Below are positions 30,797 to 41,441 of a stretch of DNA of 41,441 bases, one piece after another. The stretch's first letter is position 1. Every line of letters starts with the position of its first letter. The translations under genes and the position numbers were made by a program. The stretch comes from Alphaproteobacteria bacterium (lineage in GTDB: Bacteria; Pseudomonadota; Alphaproteobacteria; SP197). The notes beneath the pieces are model-generated. The model was not told where the DNA came from and searched no databases. It saw only the letters and a list, made by a program, of their open reading frames with translations. The DNA is taken from the NCBI GenBank assembly GCA_022823765.1, contig JAJEHK010000328.1, forward strand, positions 1-41,441. Reading direction: 5' to 3'.

Positions 30797-31314
30797 TCGG
30801 CGCAGGTCTGGCTGATGGCGCCATAGGCGGCCGTGAAGCCAAGCAGCGAATAGGTGTCGGTGGTCACGGTGCCCCGCCAGGAGCGCCCTTCGATGACCAT
30901 GCTGACACCGGCCTTCATGGCGGTCACGAGGTCCCTGTCATCATGGCGGGTGAATGCCCAGGCGCTCTCGCCCTCGCCGAACAGGGTGAAGGTCTCGTTC
31001 CCGATCATCACCGTGACCGGCGCATTCTCCATGTAGTTGTAGCCCGTCCGGACCTGGACGACATCCCGTTCGCCCTCCGGAGAACGATGCGTGACGAGTA
31101 TCCAGATGTCGCCACGCTGGGTGTAGTTGCCTTCCGCCTTCGTCGGCTGGCTGGCGATGAAGCAGACCAGCGTGTCGCCATCGTTGTAGCCGAAGGCCGA
31201 CCAGTCCCGGAAGGTTCCCAGGGATCTCGGTTCCTCGGCCCCGGCTTCCGGCCCCGGCACGAGGATCGCGAGAACCAGCAGAAAGCTGGTGAAGATGCGC
31301 GAACTCAGGTTCAT
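30793..31314 (-). CDS. Invasion-associated locus B (IalB) family protein
   Basis: Signal peptide, F.DWSAF, CFIASQP, AMKAG..M...[17 protein letters not shown]...I...C; upstream of rlmN; start 31314 or 31323. Confidence 0.82.
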   Translation of the reverse strand: MNLSSRIFTSFLLVLAILVPGPEAGAEEPRSLGTFRDWSAFGYNDGDTLVCFIASQPTKAEGNYTQRGDIWILVTHRSPEGERDVVQVRTGYNYMENAPVTVMIGNETFTLFGEGESAWAFTRHDDRDLVTAMKAGVSMVIEGRSWRGTVTTDTYSLLGFTAAYGAISQTCAE

Positions 31315-31452
31315 GACAGCCATTCCGTCCCGTGTCGTGGTTGTGGGTGTCGTCGCCCGGCGAAATCCATAGCACAGATCATCCCGCCGATTCACGTCCG
31401 CCCCTGCCATACTCATCTCTGTCACATTCCGCGAGGCAATGTGTGGCGAATT

Positions 31453-33405
31453 TCAGTCCTTCAGCGCCTCCAGGTTTTCGAAGAGGCTCAGGGATTCGGG
31501 ATTTGCGAGGGCTTCGGTGTTGGCCACCGGCCGCCCGTGAATGACGTGACGCACGGCAAGTTCGCTGATCTTGTTGGACCGGGTGCGCGGGATGTCGGCC
31601 ACCGCGATGATTCGTGCCGGCGTGTGGCGGGGAGAGGCGTGGGTGCGGATTCGCTGGCGAATCCTGGAGACAAGATCCTCGTCGAGTTCATGGCCCGGTC
31701 GCATGACCACGAAGAGAATGATGCGAACGTCGCCGGCAAAGTCCTGGCCGACGGCGAGGCTCTCCTGGATTTCCTCGAAGATGTCCACCTGGCGGTAGAT
31801 CTCGGCCGTGCCGATGCGCACGCCGCCGGGATTGAGCACGGTGTCGGAACGCCCGTGTATGACGGTGCCGCCGGCAGCCGTGATCTCGGCCCAGTCTCCG
31901 TGCCGCCAGACGTTGTCGAAGGTGTCGAAGTAGGCCTGGTGGTAGAGGCTGCCGTCGTCGTCGTTCCAGAATCCCACCGGCATGGAGGGGAACGGCCGCG
32001 TGCACACGAGTTCACCCGCCTTGCCGGCGGGCAGGCTGTTGCCGCGTTCATCGAAGATGTCGACGGCCATGCCGAGACCGCGCGCCTGGATTTCCCCGCG
32101 GCGCACGGCACCCTCGGGGTTGCCGAGAACGAAGCAGGAGATGATGTCCGTTCCGCCGGAGATCGACGCCAGCTGAACATCCTCCTTCACGTCTCGATAG
32201 ACGTAGTCGAAGCTCCCTGGCGCCAGGGGGGAGCCCGTGGAGAGAACGAGACGGAGATCCTCGAGATCGTGGCTCGCCGCCGGCCGGATTCCCTCCTTCT
32301 CGATGGCCGCGAAGTACTTTGCCGAAGCGCCGAATGCGGTGAACCTCTCTTCCTGGCAGAAGTCCCACAGGACGTTGCCGTCCGGCGATGCCGGATGGCC
32401 CTCGTAGATCGCCAGGGTGGCCCCCGTTGCCAGGGCGCTCACCTGCCAGTTCCACATCATCCAGCCGCAGGTCGAGAAATAGAACAGCCGGTCTCCGTCG
32501 CCGAGATCGCAATGCAGCTGATGTTCCTTGAGATGCTGGAGAAGAGTGCCTCCATGGCCGTGGACGATGCACTTGGGTGCACCTGTGGTGCCTGAGGAAT
32601 AGAGAATGGCAAGAGGATGATCGAACGGCACCTGCTCGAAGTCGATGCCGTCGTGGGGTGTCGCCATCACCTCCTGCCAGGTCACGGCATCCCGCAGACC
32701 CCCACTGTCGCAGACCGGGTCCACCCAGGGAACGACGACAACGTGTTCAATGCCGGGCATGGCCTCCAGAATCTCCGCCACCCTGGGCCTGCTGTCGAAG
32801 TGGCGGCCGCCATAGGAATAGCCATCGGCGGTGATCAGCACCTTCGGATCGATCTGGCCGAAGCGGTCGAGGACACCCCTGGTTCCGAAATCCGGTGAAG
32901 AAGACGACCACACCGCGCCCAGACTGGCCGTCGCCAGCTTGGTGACAATCGTCTCGGGCAGGTTGGGGAGATATCCCGCGACACGGTCGCCACGGCGGAT
33001 CCCCCGATTGACAAGCCAGGCACTCATGGCCGCGACGGCGTCATGGAGTTCGCGGAAGGTCAGGGCGCGCCGGCGACCGCCTTCTCCGCGGCACACGATG
33101 GCCATGGTGTTGTCGCGCTTCCGGAGAAGGTTCTCGGCATAGTTGAGGCGGGCTCCGGTGAACCAGCGGGCCCCGGGCATGGCATCGCCATTGTCGAGAA
33201 TCGTCTCCCATGTCCGGGAGGACCTGACACCGGCGAATTTCCAGAACAGCGACCAGAAGGCGGCCCGGTCATCGATGGACCAGCGCCACAGCGACTCGTA
33301 GTCCGGAATTGTCCGGCCGCATGCCTCTTCGGCCAGGCGCCGGAACTGCCTCAAGGCCGTTGCCTCCCGGCCCTCTTCGCCAGGAGACCAGAGAACGTCG
33401 TTCAT
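31453..33405 (-). CDS. Acetoacetate-CoA ligase
   Basis: WFTGARLNYAENLL, YSSGTTGAPKCIVHG.GG, TCGWMMWNW, SISGGTDI, GRSD.VLNPGGVRIGTAEIY; TGATG coupling with upstream gene. Confidence 0.93.
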   Translation of the reverse strand: MNDVLWSPGEEGREATALRQFRRLAEEACGRTIPDYESLWRWSIDDRAAFWSLFWKFAGVRSSRTWETILDNGDAMPGARWFTGARLNYAENLLRKRDNTMAIVCRGEGGRRRALTFRELHDAVAAMSAWLVNRGIRRGDRVAGYLPNLPETIVTKLATASLGAVWSSSSPDFGTRGVLDRFGQIDPKVLITADGYSYGGRHFDSRPRVAEILEAMPGIEHVVVVPWVDPVCDSGGLRDAVTWQEVMATPHDGIDFEQVPFDHPLAILYSSGTTGAPKCIVHGHGGTLLQHLKEHQLHCDLGDGDRLFYFSTCGWMMWNWQVSALATGATLAIYEGHPASPDGNVLWDFCQEERFTAFGASAKYFAAIEKEGIRPAASHDLEDLRLVLSTGSPLAPGSFDYVYRDVKEDVQLASISGGTDIISCFVLGNPEGAVRRGEIQARGLGMAVDIFDERGNSLPAGKAGELVCTRPFPSMPVGFWNDDDGSLYHQAYFDTFDNVWRHGDWAEITAAGGTVIHGRSDTVLNPGGVRIGTAEIYRQVDIFEEIQESLAVGQDFAGDVRIILFVVMRPGHELDEDLVSRIRQRIRTHASPRHTPARIIAVADIPRTRSNKISELAVRHVIHGRPVANTEALANPESLSLFENLEALKD

Positions 33406-33716
33406 CAACTCGCGGGCGCTCCCGATTTCCTGGCCGCACGGTCCATGAAGCGGGCCATCGCGATGTCGCGGCGCGTGATGCCGCCGGCATCGTGGCTCGT
33501 CAGGGTGACGTCGACCCGGTTGTAGACATTGAACCACTCGGGGTGGTGATCGACGACATCGGCGTAGACTGCGACGCGGCCCATGAAGCCGATCGCCGTC
33601 ATGAAATCACTGAAGCGGAAGGTCCTTTCCAGCGCGTCCCCGCCCTCGGACATGGTCCAGTCCTCCAGGGAGGCGAGCGCCTCGGCAAGCGCTGCCTGCG
33701 AAAGTGTGTCTGCCAT
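33405..33716 (-). CDS. phhB: Pterin-4-alpha-carbinolamine dehydratase
   Basis: F.FSDF..A.GFM.RVA..A...[13 protein letters not shown]...L.SHDAGG.T..D. Confidence 0.93.
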   Translation of the reverse strand: MADTLSQAALAEALASLEDWTMSEGGDALERTFRFSDFMTAIGFMGRVAVYADVVDHHPEWFNVYNRVDVTLTSHDAGGITRRDIAMARFMDRAARKSGAPAS

Positions 33717-33794
33717 CGAACGTGTCCTCACCTTTCGAACCGGATTGTCCGGCGAGTTGGCCGTTTCGGCAAGAGAGGCTATGGTCCGGGCTCC

Positions 33795-34193
33795 ATGACG
33801 CGACGTTTCGGTCCAGCTCCCGACGCCGAGGAGATTGCGGCGATCGCCAGTGATGCGATCGCCATGATTCCTGACAACCTGAAGGCCCGCATCGAAGGCA
33901 TCGCCATTCTCGTGACCGAGTTCCCCGAGGCCGAAGTCCTGGACTCACTTGGCATCGACAGCGAGTTCGGTCTCCTCGGTCTCTACCAGGGAATTTCCCT
34001 CGACCAGGCCTCCGGCCACGATGTGATGGACGACCTCAACCGCATCTATCTCTACCGGCGTCCGCTCCTCGATGCCTGGGCCGAAGGCGACGACTCCCTC
34101 GAGGATCTCGTGCACAACACGATCATCCACGAGATCGGCCACCACTTCGGGTTGTCGGACGACGACATGGAACGCCTCGAAAGCGAGGGATGA
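33795..34193 (+). CDS. Zincin-like metallopeptidase family protein (DUF1025/Zincin_1)
   Basis: [30 protein letters not shown]. Confidence 0.85.
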   Translation: MTRRFGPAPDAEEIAAIASDAIAMIPDNLKARIEGIAILVTEFPEAEVLDSLGIDSEFGLLGLYQGISLDQASGHDVMDDLNRIYLYRRPLLDAWAEGDDSLEDLVHNTIIHEIGHHFGLSDDDMERLESEG

Positions 34194-34397
34194 TGCCGCC
34201 CCTTTCCGTTCACCCGGCTCAACGGGCAACTCCGACCCTTGCAGGGGTGTTGATGACCGGAACAGGTGGATGCCTTGGGTGGAGATGTCTAAAGTAACCT
34301 CGATCTGCCTTCGCACCAGGGATTCCGGACCGGTTGATGCAGCCGACGGGAACCGGTGGCCGTTCAGGAGAATGACTTCCGAATTCGACATGGTCAG

Positions 34398-34718
34398 ATG
34401 ACAGTGCCAGGTGTGAACCCACAATTGTCGATCCCGAAAGCGGAGCTCGCTTCCTTCTGCCGGCTACATGATATCCGTTGGCTTGCACTATTCGGTTCGG
34501 CACTGCGGACGGACTTTGGTCCCGACAGTGACATTGACGTGCTGGTCGAGTTCATGGAGGGACGATCACCAGGCCTGCTCGGCATCGCCGGACTGGAAAT
34601 CGAACTGTCCGCTCTGTTCGGCGGGCGGAAAGTGGACCTGCGAACGCCCCAGGATCTGAGCCGCTATTTCCGTCAGGATGTCCTTGACAAGGCAGTTGTC
34701 CAGTATGCACGACGATGA
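34398..34718 (+). CDS. MNT nucleotidyltransferase antitoxin (MntA-like)
   Basis: [22 protein letters not shown] (GSx10DxD), RKVDL.TP..LS.YFR..V; start 34398 or 34413. Confidence 0.88.
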   Translation: MTVPGVNPQLSIPKAELASFCRLHDIRWLALFGSALRTDFGPDSDIDVLVEFMEGRSPGLLGIAGLEIELSALFGGRKVDLRTPQDLSRYFRQDVLDKAVVQYARR

Positions 34719-35026
34719 CGCGATTCGATTGCGAAGCGCTGTCCTTCGTCCAACAACGGACGCGTACTGATCTGGACACGGACCGGCAGCTGGTCCTCTC
34801 ATTGGTGAAGGACATCGAGATCATCGGTGAAGCTGCAAACGGGATTGCGGAATCGACACGTCATTCCTTTCCGGACGTACCATGGAAACAGATCATCGGT
34901 ATGCGGCATCGGCTGGTTCATGCGTACTTTGACATCAACCTCGATATCCTCTGGAGAACGGCACGGGAAGAGCTGCCGATGTTGATTGCTCACCTTGAAT
35001 CGATAGTGTCAACGGGCACGGAGTAG
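34705..35026 (+). pseudogene. HepT/DUF86 HEPN RNase toxin with frameshift near 5' end
   Basis: ATG 34705 gives [10 protein letters not shown] then stops at 34770; the body (EALSFV...IEIIGEAA...PWKQIIGMRHRLVHAYFDINLDILW) is in another frame (ORF 34715-35026). Confidence 0.7.
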
Positions 35027-35270
35027 TGGCCCTGCGGGAACATTCAGCCATATGTCCAGTCGTGACAGTTCAGGACAAATCAGGTGTTCCGCGTCTTGAT
35101 CCCCAAGGTCCCCTTTTTGCCTTCCTTGGTTGCGCAGTTTTGTGCCCTAAGAGCCTCCGGGCTGGATCGATGGTGGAGCGGTCGATTGTCGCCTCTGAAC
35201 CTGTGTCGGGTATGGCAGAAAGACTGCACCGCCCTGCCAGTACATGAGTGGGCCGCAGCGCGCGGCTGAT

Positions 35271-36641
35271 TCAAAAGGCATCCTCGGCGCGCAGCATGCG
35301 GACCGCATCACGGACCGCTTCCACCGTCACGTCGACATCGGAACTCTCCATGACGCCCGACACGTAGCCGCCGGGCGTTCCCCCCATGGTGACGCCGCCC
35401 AGCATCATGGCGAGATCGAACCGTGTGGCGAGGGGTTTCGGCAGGTGCAGCAGGTCGTCGGGCGACACGCTGGAACCGTCGAAGGAGCCCGGCACCACGT
35501 CGAGGCGCCGGGGATTGAGAAAGATGTGGAAGGACGAATGGGTTCCATAGGCGGCCCATGAGACACCGGCCTCGCTGACGACGCGGTTGATGCCGTCCCG
35601 GAGTGCGGCTGCCGAGGCGCTGGCACGCGCGCAGATGGTGCCGTCGGCGATCTGGCCCAGGGCGGCGATGCCTGCTGCGGCCGACAGAGGATTGGCGTTG
35701 AAGGTGCCGAAGTGATCGACCTTGATGCGGCCATCCCGTCGTGTGGCCTCGAAATCGAGCATGTCCATGACGTCCCGGCGCCCGGCCACAGCGCCGCCGG
35801 GAAGGCCGCCAGCCAGGATCTTTGCCAGGGCCGTGAGATCGGGCGTGATCCCGAGCGCCTTCTGGGCACCGCCCGGTGAGACGCGAAATCCGGTCACCAC
35901 TTCATCGAGGATAAGGAGCGCTCCGTGACGTTCCGTCTCGTCACGCAGGAGCCGGACGAAATCCGGATCGACCGGAACCCGGCTGAACGTGGCGCCCGTC
36001 GGTTCGATGATGGCAGCGGCGATGTCGTCGTGGGTTCGGAACGCCTCCCGCAGCGCGGTGTGATCACCGGCCTCGACGACGACGAGATCCTCCTCGATTC
36101 CCGGGACGACGCCCGCTGCATTGGCGCCGCCGCTCGAGACCCGGGCCGAGGCGACATGGTCGTGCCAGCCATGAAAATGATGGGTGAAGCGGAGTATCTT
36201 GCGCCTGCCCGTGAACGCGCGGGCGAGGCGCAGGCACATCAGGGTTGCCTCGGTGCCCGAGGAGACGAACCGCACGCGTTCCGCCGAGGGCACGAGGTCG
36301 CAGACCAGGCGGCCCCAGCGCACTTCCGCCCTGTGACCTGCGCCAAAATGGGTGCCCTCGCCAACGGCCTGCCTCACCGCCTCGACGACAGCCGGATTGC
36401 CGTGTCCAAGGATGAGCGAGCCGTGGCCACCAAAGAAGTCGACATACTCGTTGCCGTCAACATCCCACTTGCGGCTCCCCCGGGCATGATCGACGTAGAG
36501 TCCGTATGGCTCCCGGTACCGGGAATCGTGCGTCACGCCACTGGGAAAGATCCCGCCGGCCTCGCCCGCGAGTTCGCGTGAGCCCCTGGTTTTCTCGAGC
36601 CAGGAGGCGACAATCGGTGAATTGGTCTGCATGTCGGGCAT
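35271..36641 (-). CDS. Class III PLP aminotransferase (glutamate-1-semialdehyde aminomutase-like)
   Basis: WDVDGNEYVD, VRFVSSGTEAT, FHGWHD, LILDEVVTGFR, TALAKILAGGLP, GTFNANPLS; start 36641 or 36632. Confidence 0.85.
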   Translation of the reverse strand: MPDMQTNSPIVASWLEKTRGSRELAGEAGGIFPSGVTHDSRYREPYGLYVDHARGSRKWDVDGNEYVDFFGGHGSLILGHGNPAVVEAVRQAVGEGTHFGAGHRAEVRWGRLVCDLVPSAERVRFVSSGTEATLMCLRLARAFTGRRKILRFTHHFHGWHDHVASARVSSGGANAAGVVPGIEEDLVVVEAGDHTALREAFRTHDDIAAAIIEPTGATFSRVPVDPDFVRLLRDETERHGALLILDEVVTGFRVSPGGAQKALGITPDLTALAKILAGGLPGGAVAGRRDVMDMLDFEATRRDGRIKVDHFGTFNANPLSAAAGIAALGQIADGTICARASASAAALRDGINRVVSEAGVSWAAYGTHSSFHIFLNPRRLDVVPGSFDGSSVSPDDLLHLPKPLATRFDLAMMLGGVTMGGTPGGYVSGVMESSDVDVTVEAVRDAVRMLRAEDAF

Positions 36642-36766
36642 CGGGTTCACACGTCTCTGATCCCGGTCATGGTATCGCCAGGCCGGCACCCATAGAACAC
36701 CTCATGGCGGATTTCAGCTCCTTGTCAGCGGCCACGACTGGCTTCTTCAAAACGGTGCCATCGCAA

Positions 36767-36883
36767 ACGTCATGACCGAGAGGATCGGAGCAGTGGTTCA
36801 CAGCTCCGGCAGAACAACAACCTGACGTCCGGACTATTTGTTGTGTGTGGCCGATCGCCTTGGCACAGGACCGCGATATGCCG
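36767..36883. repeat. Diverged direct repeat, copy A
   Basis: Ungapped alignment to 37832-37948, 79/117 identical by hand count. Confidence 0.75.
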
Positions 36884-37014
36884 CTTGTCGTCATGGTCAC
36901 CGCAGAACCCGTGGAGTGGATACCGGCCATGTTGATGAGCATGAGGCCCTGACGTGCATGCGCTCGTCAACGACACCATGAACTGATTGATGTGCCTCCG
37001 TCATGTCATCACAC

Positions 37015-37062
37015 TTGTCACACCACCTCTCATGATGTATCTTACTCTCGACTTACTTGTCA
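37015..37062 (+). promoter_or_regulatory. Sigma70-type promoter and candidate operator of vapBC
   Basis: TTGTCA-N17-TATCTT (37015-37043); CTTACT repeated at 37041 and 37052; ACTTGTCA repeated at 37013 and 37055. Confidence 0.55.
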
Positions 37063-37081
37063 GTGGTCCGAGGAGATTAAC

Positions 37082-37357
37082 ATGGCTGTGCTTGACAAGC
37101 TCACCACCACCGTCTCGACGAAGGGTCAGGTCATTCTGCCCAAGGCGGTCCGCCAAGCGCTCCGCTGGCACGCCGGAACCCGACTGACGGTCGAGAACAC
37201 CGCCGACGGTGTGCTGCTCAGGCCCGAGCCCGCGTTTGCTGCAACCCGACCTGAGGATGTCTTCGGATGCTTGGCCGGCGATGTTGTCCCCAGATCCCTC
37301 GCTGACATGGAGGCGGGTATTCTGGAAGAGGCACGGCGTCGCCATGCGCGCAGTTGA
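37082..37357 (+). CDS. vapB: AbrB/MazE/SpoVT-family antitoxin
   Basis: TTVSTKGQVILPKAVRQAL.W..GT.L.VE...DGVLLRP; GAGGAG RBS. Confidence 0.88.
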   Translation: MAVLDKLTTTVSTKGQVILPKAVRQALRWHAGTRLTVENTADGVLLRPEPAFAATRPEDVFGCLAGDVVPRSLADMEAGILEEARRRHARS

Positions 37358-37730
37358 TACCAACGTCGTTGTCAGATACCTGACCGGCGACGATCCTGAC
37401 CAGGCTGCCAGAGCGAGAGCGGCAATCGGTGCGGGAGATATCTTTGTGAGTACGACCGTCCTGCTCGAGAGTGAGTGGGTACTGCGCAGTGTCTACGGAT
37501 TCGACGGTAGGAAGGTCGCAGCGGCTCTGCGCGCCTTCTTGGGGCTTCCGGGTGTTACGGTTGAGAGCCCAGTTCTTCTGGCCGAAGCCCTTGCCAGAAC
37601 TGAAACCGGAATGGACTTCGCTGATGCGCTTCACCTCGGCGCAGCCGCCCATTGCGAGACAATTCTCACGTTCGACCGCAAGTTCATCGAGTCCGCAAGC
37701 GGTTTGTCCGTCAGGGTATCGGAACCCTGA
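37344..37730 (+). CDS. vapC: PIN-domain toxin
   Basis: MRAVDTNVVVRYL..DD, VLLESEWVL, MDFADALH, TFDRKF; overlaps the antitoxin gene. Confidence 0.9.
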   Translation: MRAVDTNVVVRYLTGDDPDQAARARAAIGAGDIFVSTTVLLESEWVLRSVYGFDGRKVAAALRAFLGLPGVTVESPVLLAEALARTETGMDFADALHLGAAAHCETILTFDRKFIESASGLSVRVSEP

Positions 37731-37831
37731 GTCCCGTTCGGTCTGCCGAAACGCCCGAGCCGCATTCGACAAGTTGACATCCCGATTGACACGTCACATG
37801 TCGTGCGCCCGTGTCTTCCGTGATCAACACC

Positions 37832-37948
37832 ACGTCATGATCGGGCGGGATGGGGCCGCGGCCCACGGTGGCCGTAGAACAACAGCCCGACCTTCGGGCT
37901 GCTCATCATGTGTGGCCGGTCGGGGTAGCACAGGGTGGCGGTGTGCCG
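37832..37948. repeat. Diverged direct repeat, copy B
   Basis: Shares ACGTCATGA, AGAACAACA, TGTGTGGCCG, GCACAGG, TGCCG with copy A at a constant 1065-nt offset. Confidence 0.75.
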
Positions 37949-38069
37949 ACCTTCGGAAACCATGAGAGATCCCGGGGCGATGGGGATCGTCGCGATATGG
38001 AAGTGGTTGCTGGTAGGGATGTGTCCCAGACCCTTGTGGGCGTTGACATCCGCCGCTTGAGGTATCGAG

Positions 38070-38612
38070 TCAGGGGTACAGCAGATACTCCTGGATCATG
38101 CGGTAATGGGAACCGTCGCTGCGCCGATGGCTCTCGTGAAGGGCGAAGGAGCGGATCTCGAATGGCGGAGATTCAAGCAGGTTGTTGGCGGCCACGAAGT
38201 CACCGACGTGGCGGGGCGAGGCGCCCTTGAGACGGGCGAGGGTGATGTGAGGATGGTACTTGCGTTCCCGCGGCGGAACGCGCAGCTGCGCCAGCAGGCC
38301 TTCCACCCTGTGGTGCAGCGCCACCAGGTCGTCGTGCGGACGGACTCCGGCATAGAGAAGGCGGGGATCGCGCCGCTTGCCGAAGAAGCCGACCCCCGAC
38401 ACGCAGAGCGTGAACGCAGGATGACTGACAGTGGCAAGGGACTCGCAGATCTCGTCGGCCAGCATGGCTTCGATCTCGCCCAGGTAGCGCAGCGTGATGT
38501 GCATGTTCTCTGCCGGCACCTGCCGCCCGCCCGGGATTCCGCCACCCAGTGCCGCCAGTCTTTCGGCAATGGTCGAAGGCACAGAGACGGCAATGAAGAG
38601 AGGCGGCGTCAT
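38070..38612 (-). CDS. thpR: RNA 2',3'-cyclic phosphodiesterase (2H family)
   Basis: LFIAV, two HxT motifs MHITLRYLG and YHPHITLAR. Confidence 0.9.
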   Translation of the reverse strand: MTPPLFIAVSVPSTIAERLAALGGGIPGGRQVPAENMHITLRYLGEIEAMLADEICESLATVSHPAFTLCVSGVGFFGKRRDPRLLYAGVRPHDDLVALHHRVEGLLAQLRVPPRERKYHPHITLARLKGASPRHVGDFVAANNLLESPPFEIRSFALHESHRRSDGSHYRMIQEYLLYP

Positions 38613-39241
38613 GGTCCGGCAGTTGCACGTTCGAGAAGCCGGATTACATATGGCACCATTCTCTCGACAATCACCTCAACGCCCCGGGCGTTGGGGTGGA
38701 TGCCGTCATCCTGGTTGAGTGACGGGACCATCGCCACACCATCGAGGAAGAACGGATAGAGAATGACTCCATGCTGATCGGCGAGTTCAGGGTAGATGGC
38801 ATCGAAGGCGGCGACGTAGTCGGCGCCGAGGTTGCGCGGTGCGGCCATGCCGGCCAGCAGCACCGGAATGTTCCGCTGTCCGAGAACCGAGAGGATGTGG
38901 TCGAGGTTTGCCCGGCTGACGCCCGGATCGATACCCCTCAGGGCATCGTTGGAGCCCAGGGCCACGATCGCCGCGTCCGCACCGCCGGCAAGGGCCCATT
39001 CCAGGCGTGCCAGCCCACCGGTCGTGGTGTCTCCGGACACACCCGCATCGATGAACCGGACGTCTCGTTCCAGCAGGTCCAGGGCGGCGCCGAGACGGGC
39101 GACAAAGCCGTCGGCGGCGGGAAGGCCGTAGCCCGCCGTCAGACTGTCGCCGAGCGCCAGGATACGGATTTCGGCACTTGTCGCGGGGGCGCTCGCCAGG
39201 AGGCCCGCGACCAGAATCACCATGCGGCCAACGTGTCTCAT
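38609..39241 (-). CDS. tesA: GDSL arylesterase / thioesterase I
   Basis: Signal peptide, LGDSLTAGYG, AGVSGDTT, LGSNDALRG, LYPFFL, DGIHPN. Confidence 0.9.
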   Translation of the reverse strand: MRHVGRMVILVAGLLASAPATSAEIRILALGDSLTAGYGLPAADGFVARLGAALDLLERDVRFIDAGVSGDTTTGGLARLEWALAGGADAAIVALGSNDALRGIDPGVSRANLDHILSVLGQRNIPVLLAGMAAPRNLGADYVAAFDAIYPELADQHGVILYPFFLDGVAMVPSLNQDDGIHPNARGVEVIVERMVPYVIRLLERATAGP

Positions 39242-39246
39242 CCGCG

Positions 39247-39920
<674 letters not shown>

Positions 39921-39924
<4 letters not shown>

Positions 39925-41441
39925 TCACCCTGGCCTGGACCATCGCCCGGCGAAATCTCAAAGGCGGCAGGAGGAGGTTCCTTCTGGCCGTCTTCGCCCT
40001 TGCTCTCGGGGTGACGACCATTGCGGGCGTCGGCAGTTTCGGCGCTGGGCTCGTGGAGAGCCTGCGCGAGAACGGGCGTGTCATCCTGGGCGGCGACATT
40101 GCGTTGCGCACGACGTTCACACCGCCAGACGAAGTTGAGATCCGGTGGCTGGAAGCGCGTGGCGCGCTGTCGCGGTCAGCCGATCTCTTCGCCATGGCGC
40201 GACCATCGGAAGGCGAACCTCTTCTGGTGAACCTGCGGGCCGTCGATGACAGCTGGCCACTCTACGGCGAGGCGCTCATCGATCCCCCGAACCCGCTCGA
40301 CCATGCCCTTGCGGAGGGCGCCATCGTCGACAGGGATTTTCTCGAGAACACCGGCCTTGACGTCGGCTCGTCGTTTTCCCTGGGGGAGACTGAGGTTCCC
40401 ATCGTGGCAACCCTTGTCGACGAGCCTGATAGGGCGAGTGCTCCCTTCCGTCTCGGCCCACGGGTCATCCTGTCGCTGGACCGGCTGGATGCTGCGGGTA
40501 TCGCCGGCACGGGCAGCCTCGTGCGTCACCTCGTGCGCATCAGGCTCGATGATGTCGGCAATGTGTCCGGGATCATCGCCGACCTGCGGCAGACCTTTCC
40601 GGACGCGACCTGGCGCATACGCAGTGCCGATGACGCCAATCCGTCGCTGCGCCGGTTTCTCGAGCGTCTTTCCCTCTTCATTACCCTGGTCGGCCTGACG
40701 GCCCTCCTGATCGGGGGTATCGGCATGTCCAGTGCCGTCACCACCTATCTCGCGCGCCAGGTGCCGGCTATCGCCACCCTGAAGTCCCTGGGCGCCTCGC
40801 AGAGGCTGGTTCTCACGAGCTATCTCCTCGAGATCGCCATCATGGCCGGATTCGGCATCGCCGCCGGGTTGATCGCGGGGGCTGTCCTTCCGGTCCTGGC
40901 AGCCGGACTGGCGGGCGAGGCGCTGCCCGTCTCCATCGCTGCGGACATACACCCAGGACCACTTCTCATTGCCGCGGCCTGCGGCATCCTCATCACACTG
41001 GTCTTCGCATTGCCACCACTCCTTCGCACGAGGGAAATCTCTCCGGCCAGTCTGTTTCGTGTCACCGGGCTTCCAGGCACGCCGCTCCGCCCGCGCGACA
41101 GGCTGATGATCGTTCTCCTGGCTGCCGCCGTGGTGGCAATTGCCATCATTGCCGGCAACGAGCGTCTCTTCGCTGCCCTCTTTTGTGCCGCCATCCTTGC
41201 CGTTCTCGTGCTGTTCCGTCTTGTCGGCCAGGGACTGTCCCGACTGGCGCGATTCGCCGGCAGGCCGCGCCTTGTGGCCTTGCGTCTGGCACTCGCCAAT
41301 CTCCATCGTCCGGGAGCGGGGACGGTTCCGGTGTCCGTGGCGCTCGGAACCGGGCTTGCCGTTCTCGCGGTCATCGCCGGTGTCGAGGCGAATCTTGCGA
41401 GAGAGCTCGAGGTCGCCTCCTCCCGCAAGGTTCCGGCCTTC
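39921..41441 (+). CDS. FtsX-like ABC permease (YbbP-like), truncated by window end
   Basis: GTG 39921 overlapping ATPase stop; ITLAWTIARRNLKGG.RRF...LALGV..IAGV, ILGGD, LLIGGIG, IATLKSLGA, LALANLHRPG; frame open to the end. Confidence 0.85.

Noticed and set aside
30943-32595. Long antisense or alternate-frame ORFs (e.g. 30943-32595, 18657-20099, 4899-6179, 28555-29742)
   Set aside because: Shadow ORFs expected from high-GC codon bias opposite well-supported genes; no motifs.
35271-36641. Calling the gene hemL
   Set aside because: GSA-aminomutase-like fold, but it lacks the PGGVNSPVRAF start and YHGH motif; substrate unknown.

Overview
High-GC bacterial chromosomal segment; gene content and order (dapD, rpmH-rnpA-yidD-yidC, ialB-rlmN-argG, folD, tesA/ybbA/ybbP) fit an alphaproteobacterium (inference). 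Most of it is housekeeping or catabolic: valine degradation, an amidase, a GMC oxidoreductase, acetoacetate-CoA ligase and a class III aminotransferase. The stand-out region is a ~10 kb co-oriented metal locus (6866-16810). There znuA is separated from znuC-znuB-sodC by five genes: a His-loop ArsP/SO_0444-type permease fused to an HflK-like SPFH domain, an HflC-like gene, a second HflK-like gene, a LivK-type binding protein carrying extra Cys/His residues, and a small membrane protein. No ftsH or zur is present in the window. Other oddities are a PiT transporter coupled to a GOLPH3/GPP34-like gene, a single-chain triple-RidA protein, a frameshifted HepT toxin, and a vapBC pair flanked by two diverged ~117 bp direct repeats. 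All calls come from motif recognition by eye; no database searches were run.
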